Below, in pieces: positions 58,018-64,000 of a stretch of 64,000 nt of DNA; within the stretch, counting starts at the first letter, position 1; each line of letters begins with the position of its first letter. The stretch lies in assembly GCA_963837585.1 (NCBI GenBank), contig CAWINX010000003.1, forward strand, positions 3,098 to 67,097. The letters are read 5' to 3'. The DNA comes from an uncultured Solirubrobacterales bacterium (GTDB taxonomy: Bacteria > Actinomycetota > Thermoleophilia > Solirubrobacterales > 70-9). Position numbers and translations under genes: made by a program. The notes beneath the pieces were generated by a model, which was given only the letters and a program-made list of their open reading frames with translations, did no database searches and was not told the DNA's origin.

Positions 58018-61000
58018 TCAGGGACGCATGTGTTCGTCACCGATATCTGCGCGATCTAATTCGACAAACGCCAAACGTGCGTTTCGAACCCAATCCTTGA
58101 GACGTGCCTCGTCGATTGTGCCATCATCGCGACTGCCAGGGAGCCCTCTCCAGTGGTTCAGTACCCACCAGGCATGTTGAGCAAGTGCCTCGTCGTGTTT
58201 GCCCAGCTGCCGGCGTGGTTGCATTCTTGCCGCGATAAACCCGTGATACCAGATCAACAAAAATGCCAGGATCGTTAGCCAGTAGGGAATAGAGCGCCCG
58301 AGGACGACGACGACTGTGTTCCAAGAGACGGAAGAAAGCAAACTCGTAACGAGCGAGTTTGTCTGCTGAGTACTTTTTAGTTTCAAGGAAGTCGAGCAAG
58401 ACTCCGATTTCATAGCCCGGAGACTGCGAGGGCGCATCGTCCTGATCTGAAACCAGCGCGGCATCGAGAACCTGCTCGACTAGCTCGATCTCGATGGCCG
58501 CAGGTTTTTCCTTCGTTCCATGAAGGACTGCCGTCAGCATGTCAACGGCTGACCAGGGACGATCGTGACGAAGTAGCTCCTGAGTCGCGTACTCGGCATC
58601 TTGCTCCTTTACGCGCCAGGGGTTCATGGACGACCAGTAGGCATCCGAAAGGTCCGGCTCCTGTCCTCTGATGGCGTCCCATAGCTCACGGGTTGCCGGG
58701 GCGGCCAGCGCCAAGGCATTACGCCGCCTGAGACTTTTTGCCTCGGGCCGTTCCATAATTTCAAGCAGCCAGGGAACCCCGTGCTCGCTGAGTTTGCGTG
58801 AAGCCCAACCCTGAGCAACGTTGCTAAGTGCGGCTTTGTTTGAATCGAGCCACCCCATTAGGTTCCCGGTCAGTTCGTCAGGAGCCACCTCGCCGACAAC
58901 CCAACCCAGCTGGTTCGGTGCGGTACTTCGTTCGGCTAACGCCTGCAAGCCATCAAGGGAGGCAGAATCGAGCGTTTCCTTGACGGCCTGGACGCGCAAT
59001 TCAGCTAGCTTCTGGTCATATCCGTCGTCATTCAGGTCCACATCTGGAAGGTCTGGGTGCCAGTCGAACAGGTAGCCGAAGCGAGCAACGTCGGATTTTG
59101 GCTCAAGTTGATCGGCGATGGCTTGCATGCGCGACAATGGTTGCTCGCCCATTGACCAGTCAGCGGATGGGAACTTGCGATGGCGCGCGATCTCTCGATC
59201 AATTCGCTCCCATAGCTCGAGTCGATCTGCGGGCGTAAAGGCTGCTGAATCGACAAACTGTTCCAGGGACTCAAGCAAACGCTCACGCTCGGCAGGTGGC
59301 AGGGGTCCGAAGAACTCGCTGAGCTTTGCCCAGCGTTGGGAGTCGGTACCGGCTAGTTGGATTGCTAGTCCAACGAGCTGGCTAATGAATCCAACCCAGT
59401 CGGCCGCCAAGACGTTACGGTTTTCCGGCTTCCAATCGTGGAACTTTGGTGAGGAAGGCGGAGACGCAATGGCATGGTTGCTTGGCCAAAGCTCAAGTAC
59501 CAACTCCCATGCAACTTCCGGTTGCTGGCTGCCGATTTGCTCAAGCGCCTGAACCTTGGCGTCCATTGAGGCTGATGTATGTCGAATCCAACCCACCAGC
59601 ACGGACGCCAGGCTCGCCAAGGGGCGGTTAGAGAGTTGGCCTCCGGGATCAATTGCGGAAAGCCTTGCTAGAGCGCGCGTGGCATCGAATAGGTAGTCTG
59701 GCGACCAGCAAAGAACCTCAAGTGCCCACAACAGCCCGGTATGCGGCGATGAACTGAATAGCGCCGAGGTCTGCTCACCGTCTTGAAAGGTAATTCTCAG
59801 TACCGGTTGGTCACGATCTAGATCAACATGGACAGCATCCAGAAACTCCTCAGGTGCGGCCTCCGCAAGAAGTCGGAGCTCCTCTGAGAGAGAGCACCAA
59901 GTCCGTCCGCTCGAATCATCATTTGCACGGCTGAGAATCTCCCGCACAGCGCGGCGTGCGTGGTCGACACCACTCGCCCCGTCTGCGAGCGTCGCAGCAC
60001 CGGAGGCTGACCCGAGCAGCGCAATCCCTTGAGCCATTCCCTGTCGTAGGACCGACGAATGCTTGCGGACCGCGCCTCGCAGGCTGGCCATCGGTCGATG
60101 ATTCGGCTCCAGTTCGAGCTTCGGGTCTGCTTCCAGCAGAACCTCGGTGACTGCTTCGTACCACCGGGCCAGATCGGTAGCGGTTAGGGCGTCTCGAAGG
60201 AGGAGGAAGGCCTCGTCGGCCGACGTCAGGTGCCACTGCGAACCTGGATGGACAAAAGGTGGATCATCCATCGTCAGCCAATGCAGCAGGTCACGCTCAA
60301 TTGTGGGCCATGACTTGTCCACCACCCGACTCACGATGTCTAGGTCATTCTCGTTTGTCTCCCATGCTCCAACTAGCACGAGAGGCGCGAAGGTCGATGC
60401 GTCCGGAGGCTGCGACCACGCGGGGCGCGCGAAAGCCGGATCGCGTGCCAGCTTACGAATCAGAGACGGCATGCTTCGGCGCGCCTGGGCAGCCAGACGG
60501 TATGCGGCATCCGAGTCCGCGCCAGCGGCATCGAGAACGGACTCGAGCGCTTTCGTCGCAGCCTCTCTGTCTGGGCGCGGGAGGTTTATGTGCTCCCCCT
60601 GCACAACTTGCTCCCAGCGAAGCGGCACGACAACGTAATGTCCGTGTTCGATCGCAGAGGAGAAGTTAGCCCCGTCGAACATCGGCAAGAGCGTCATTCG
60701 CCCGGGTTGCACCACCACGCGATCCCAAACCTCTTCCGATGAGACAACGAGGGGCGGCTGAGGACTGTGGCCCTCTCGACCCATCATCTCGATCGTCGCG
60801 CAAACGAACGCTATGGCATCGTCGCGCCATGCCGCCTGGACAGCGACAACTTCGGGGTGTTCTCGAAGGAATTTTGCCAGCCGATCACTCTCGTACGTTC
60901 GCCCTGCAAGGAAGAGGCTCCCCGGAAGTTCGGGCTCAGTCCGGGCCTGGAAGCGCTGCCACCACTGCTCCAGCGTTTCGACATCTCGTGGCCGGCGCCC

Positions 61001-61297
61001 CAGTTGCTCCGAGATCCACTGATGTACGGCCGGTGTCTGTTGGAGCCAGCCCCGTAGCTGCGTGCGTCCAATCTCGGGGTCAATCGAGCCGCGTTCCTCG
61101 CCAAGCCCGGATGCCACGCGTCGCCTCGTTGGTCCGAAGCAAGCGCATCCGCAACGCAGGAACCGGGAACCGGGAACTCGCGCCGACTGGAGGATGCCCT
61201 CTCTCGCCCAGTTGCGAACCGTGTTCTCATGCACTCCTAGGCGTCGCGCGGTCTCGCGGACATTAAGGAAATCGCCGCCGGTTTCGTCTACAATCAT
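58018..61297 (-). CDS. Large (about 1,090 aa) protein with N-terminal MerR/excisionase-type HTH and an uncharacterised helical body; apparent frameshift near 58200-58240
   Basis: ORF 58124..61297 (1057 aa) starts MIVDETGGDFLNVRETARRLGVHENTVRNWAREGILQSARVPGSRFLR (HTH_17-like). The plausible C-terminus (...DEALAQHAWWVLNHWRGLPGSRDDGTIDEARLKDWVRNARLAFVELDRADIGDEHMRP) continues in ORF 58018..58464. I saw no Walker A, nuclease, SIR2 or TIR motif. GC is visibly lower than in the flanks. Confidence 0.7.
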
Positions 61298-61304
61298 GCT
61301 ATTA

Positions 61305-61312
61305 TGATATCA
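61305..61312. promoter_or_regulatory. TGATATCA palindrome in the AT-rich divergent intergenic region
   Basis: It lies in the 61-nt AT-rich gap between the large HTH gene start (61297) and ORF 61359. Candidate autoregulatory operator. Position-based only. Confidence 0.25.
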
Positions 61313-61358
61313 GAGAATGTGGACTTTGTGATAACCTTAGGGATATGGCGGTTGAACG

Positions 61359-61556
61359 ATGAGTTCCTCAAGCAAGGGCCTGGGCTTGCGCCGAGAAGAG
61401 CGTGAACTTTTCTTCTGGACTGCTCGTCAGGTGCTCAAGCTCGTTACCTGGACGGCTTTGACGATCTACTTCGTGCTGTCGCTGGTCCACGGAAAACCCG
61501 CCGGAATGCGCGAGCTGCTGGATTGCACCTCGCCGATCGTTGCGCTGTCTCGCTAG
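61359..61556 (+). CDS. Hypothetical 65-aa protein with one TM helix
   Basis: ORF MSSSSKGLGLRREERELFFWTARQVLKLVTWTALTIYFVLSLVHGKPAGMRELLDC..., divergent from the large HTH gene. The SD is weak and coding status is uncertain. Confidence 0.3.
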   Translation: MSSSSKGLGLRREERELFFWTARQVLKLVTWTALTIYFVLSLVHGKPAGMRELLDCTSPIVALSR

Positions 61557-61878
61557 GACTGGTCGAGCCGAGTCAGTCGCTCCTTGATCTCAGGGTTTCG
61601 AAAACTGACACATCAGGCCCCGCAGAATTCGAACCTGTGACCTGTTCGTAGACCGATCCGGGAATCGAGCCGCTTTCGACACAGCCAAGCGACATCTTTC
61701 TGAAGGCTCGTAACTTGCGGGACGGGTGCCCGTAACTCGGGCGCTTGTGGGGCCGGTCGGGGGTGTCATCCGGGTGCGGCGGTCTCTTTTTCGCACTGAT
61801 CGACTCAGCGAGAGACGTCCAACTTAAAGGCGAAAAAGGCAGCACTCGGAGGACACCCCCGACCGGCCCTTCAACCAC
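61557..61878 (-). other. Structured non-coding tract with degenerate tRNA-like T-loop motifs and a ~102-nt nested stem-loop
   Basis: The minus strand contains GGTTCGAAT (about 61627-61635) and CTCGATTCC (about 61659-61667), but neither sits in a foldable cloverleaf. At 61758-61859, GGGGGTGTC/GACACCCCC (9 bp) encloses CTTTTTCGC/GCGAAAAAG (9 bp). Confidence 0.4.
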
Positions 61879-63366
61879 TCAACTCTTGGCGATCTCCAGG
61901 CGGATCTCTTTGCCTTTGAGCTTGGTTCCGTCCAAGAACTCGACCGCGTGCTCGGCGCGGTCGGGGGCGACCTCGACGAAGGAGAAGCGGTGCAGGACTC
62001 GGACGTCGTGGATCGCCTCCTCGGGGATGACCGCCCCCTCGCGCAGCGCCCAGCGCAGGTCCTCTTCGGTGATTCCGCTGCGCTCGCCGCGGTTGACGAA
62101 GAGCTTGACGCTCTTGCTCTCCTCGCCATCGCTCTTGTCCTTGTCGCTTCCGCCCTCTTCGGCCTCTGTCGACTCGGAAGGCTTGGACCGCTCGGGGCGC
62201 TCGCGGCGGCGCGGGCGCGGGGCGTGCTCGAGGCGCTCCTCGGGGCTCTCCCACTCGCCGATCGACGTTTTCACGTCGCGCTCGATGCGGCCGATCTCGT
62301 CGCGCTGGGCCGGGGTGACGAGGGTGATCGCGCGGCCGGTGCGGCCGACCCGGCCGGTGCGGCCGATCCGGTGGACGTAGACCTCGGAGGAGTCGGGGAC
62401 GTCGAAGTTGATCACGTGGGTGACGTGCTCGATGTCGAGGCCGCGCGCGGCGATGTCGGTCGCCACCAGCAGCCGCACCCGGTGGTCCTTGAAGGCGATC
62501 ATCACCCCGTCGCGCGAGCCCTGGCTCATGTCGCCGTGCAGCGCCTTGACGTCGAGCCCTTTGTCCTTCAGCGTCTTCTCCAGGCGGGAGGCGCCGATCT
62601 TGGTGCGGGTGAAGATGATCGCCTGCTCGGGCTCCTCCACCTTCAGCAGCTCGACCAGCCGCGCCGCCTTGTCCTTTGCCGGGACCTCGATGAAAGCCTG
62701 GGCGATCGCGTCGACGGTGAGCTTTTTCGGGGTGATTTTGATCGTCACCGGGTCGTACATGTAGCCCTCGGCGAGCTTCTTGATCGGCGGCGGCATCGTC
62801 GCCGAGAAGAGCGCCGTCTGGCGGCCGCTCGGGCACATCCGCAGGATCTTCTCGACGTCCTCGATGAAGCCGAGGTCGAGCATCTCATCGGCCTCGTCGA
62901 GGACGATGTAGCGCGCCGCGGTGAGGACGAGGGAGCGGCGCGACATCAGGTCCATCATCCGCCCGACCGTGGCGACGACCACGTGGGCGCCGGCCCGCAG
63001 CTGTGCCTGCTGGGATTTGATCGGCGCGCCGCCGAAGACGGCGACGATCTCGACGTCGAGGTGCTCGGCGTAGGCGCGCAGCGCCTGGGTCACCTGGATG
63101 CAGAGCTCCCGGGTGGGGGTGAGGACGACCGCCTGCACCTCGTCGTTGTCGGGGTCGAGGTACTGGAGCAGCGGCAGGCCGAAGGCGGCCGTCTTGCCGG
63201 TGCCGGTCTGCGCCTGGCCGATCACGTCGTGGCCGCCGAGCAGCTCCGGGATCGCCTGCTCCTGGATCGGGGTCGGCTCGTTGAAGCCGAGCTCGTCGAT
63301 CGCCTGCTGAATGCCCGGCGAGAGGCCGAGGTCCTTGAAGGTAATGGCAGTCTCCTCGGGGCTCAT
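61879..63366 (-). CDS. DEAD-box ATP-dependent RNA helicase with DbpA-type C-terminal RNA-binding domain
   Basis: Intact 495-aa ORF with a Q motif (FKDLGLSPGIQQAIDELGFNEPTPIQ), AQTGTGKT, DEAD (VLDEADEM), SAT and HRIGRTGRVG. The C-terminus reads KLFVNRGERSGITEEDL... Confidence 0.92.
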   Translation of the reverse strand: MSPEETAITFKDLGLSPGIQQAIDELGFNEPTPIQEQAIPELLGGHDVIGQAQTGTGKTAAFGLPLLQYLDPDNDEVQAVVLTPTRELCIQVTQALRAYAEHLDVEIVAVFGGAPIKSQQAQLRAGAHVVVATVGRMMDLMSRRSLVLTAARYIVLDEADEMLDLGFIEDVEKILRMCPSGRQTALFSATMPPPIKKLAEGYMYDPVTIKITPKKLTVDAIAQAFIEVPAKDKAARLVELLKVEEPEQAIIFTRTKIGASRLEKTLKDKGLDVKALHGDMSQGSRDGVMIAFKDHRVRLLVATDIAARGLDIEHVTHVINFDVPDSSEVYVHRIGRTGRVGRTGRAITLVTPAQRDEIGRIERDVKTSIGEWESPEERLEHAPRPRRRERPERSKPSESTEAEEGGSDKDKSDGEESKSVKLFVNRGERSGITEEDLRWALREGAVIPEEAIHDVRVLHRFSFVEVAPDRAEHAVEFLDGTKLKGKEIRLEIAKS

Positions 63367-64000
63367 CGCGTCGGGTCCAGAAGTAGCTTGCCGCTGGTGC
63401 GGCGCTCGATCAGGTCGTGATGGGCCTGCGCCGCCTCGGTGAGCGGGTAGACGCCGCCGATCGTCACCTCGAGCTCACCGGCGGCGACCGCCCCGAGCAG
63501 CTCGCCGATCATCGGCGCGATCAGGTCGCGGCGGGCCAGCAGATGGGCGAGCCAGAAGCCGATGACCGACTTTGAGCCGCGCAGCAGGGCGGCGGTCGAG
63601 ACCTCGCGCTGCTCGCGCGAGGCGATCCCGAAGACGACCATCCGCCCCAGCGGGGCGAGGGCGGAGAACTCGGCATCGAAAGCGTCGCCGCCGCTCATGT
63701 GCAGGACGGCGTCGACCCGCTCGCCGTCGTTGGCCTCGAGAATCGCCGCCTTCAGGTCTGGAGAGCGGGAATCGACGGTGGCGTCGGCGCCGAGCCGCTC
63801 GACCAGCGCCCGCTTGTCCTCGCTGGAGGCCAGGCCGATCACCCTGGCGCCGGCCCGCTTGGCGAGCTGCACCGAGAGGCCGCCGGTGCCGCCGGCGGCG
63901 GCCTCGATCACGACCGTCTCGCCGGCCTCGAGGCGGGCGCAGCGCCCGACCAGCGCCATCGCGGTCAGCCCCTGCAGGAGCAGCGCCGCGGCCCGCTCGT
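63363..64000 (-). CDS. Zinc-type alcohol dehydrogenase/quinone oxidoreductase family protein; 5' end beyond the window
   Basis: The ORF 63363..63959 frame stays open to the window edge. GETVVIEAAAGGTGGLSVQLAKRAGARVIG (NADPH site AxxGxxG)...GKLLLDP. The stop overlaps the helicase ATG. Confidence 0.8.
   Translation of the reverse strand, partial: ERAAALLLQGLTAMALVGRCARLEAGETVVIEAAAGGTGGLSVQLAKRAGARVIGLASSEDKRALVERLGADATVDSRSPDLKAAILEANDGERVDAVLHMSGGDAFDAEFSALAPLGRMVVFGIASREQREVSTAALLRGSKSVIGFWLAHLLARRDLIAPMIGELLGAVAAGELEVTIGGVYPLTEAAQAHHDLIERRTSGKLLLDPTR

Noticed and set aside
61250-61621. tmRNA (ssrA) starting at GGGGCCTGATGTGTCAGTTTTCGAAACCC on the minus strand
   Set aside because: The 5' end resembles tmRNA loosely, but several features are missing.
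- There is no plausible short tag ORF ending in a hydrophobic LAA-type tail. The only ALA-stop frame is about 80 codons long.
- There is no 3' T-arm/ACCA partner.
- The span would overlap the large HTH gene start.
61590-61700. Canonical tRNA gene on the minus strand around GGTTCGAAT
   Set aside because: The T-stem pairs at only 3-4 of 5 positions, with G-U at 53:61. There is no complementary 5' acceptor strand, and no D or anticodon arm can be drawn. I kept it only as a possible remnant.

Overview
High-GC (about 70% by eye) chromosomal segment that looks actinobacterial (Rubrobacteria/Thermoleophilia-like; this is inference only). No rRNA genes, CRISPR array, canonical tRNA, integrase or transposase were recognised.

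Main content:
- a complete 14-gene NADH:quinone oxidoreductase operon, nuoA-N (25.7-40.4 kb)
- a class II ribonucleotide reductase (nrdJ) interrupted by a LAGLIDADG intein
- a type IA topoisomerase, serS, msrB and a long ThyX-like protein
- an acyl-CoA dehydrogenase and an APH-like kinase
- a histidine kinase/receiver pair, a VapBC module and many small metabolic or membrane genes

Features worth a second look:
1. A lower-GC island of about 3.9 kb (57.95-61.88 kb). It carries one ~1,090-aa protein with an N-terminal HTH and no other motif I recognise, plus a divergent small membrane ORF. It is bounded by a 22-bp-stem nested hairpin on one side and a structured non-coding tract with degenerate tRNA-like T-loops on the other.
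2. A 1.5-kb TA-like cassette inserted into the 3' end of the acyl-CoA dehydrogenase gene. It is flanked by 33-bp imperfect direct repeats that both encode the enzyme's C-terminus.
3. At least two families of palindromic repeat elements. These include two 104-nt elements with terminal inverted repeats (TIR) that read through in frame inside nuoG, and one at the nuoJ/nuoK junction.
4. Many 1-nt frame breaks in conserved genes, dense in nuoG and in a macB-like ABC transporter pair. These are either assembly indels or real gene decay, and I cannot tell which from sequence alone.

Many long ORFs in the six-frame track are antisense or out-of-frame GC artefacts.
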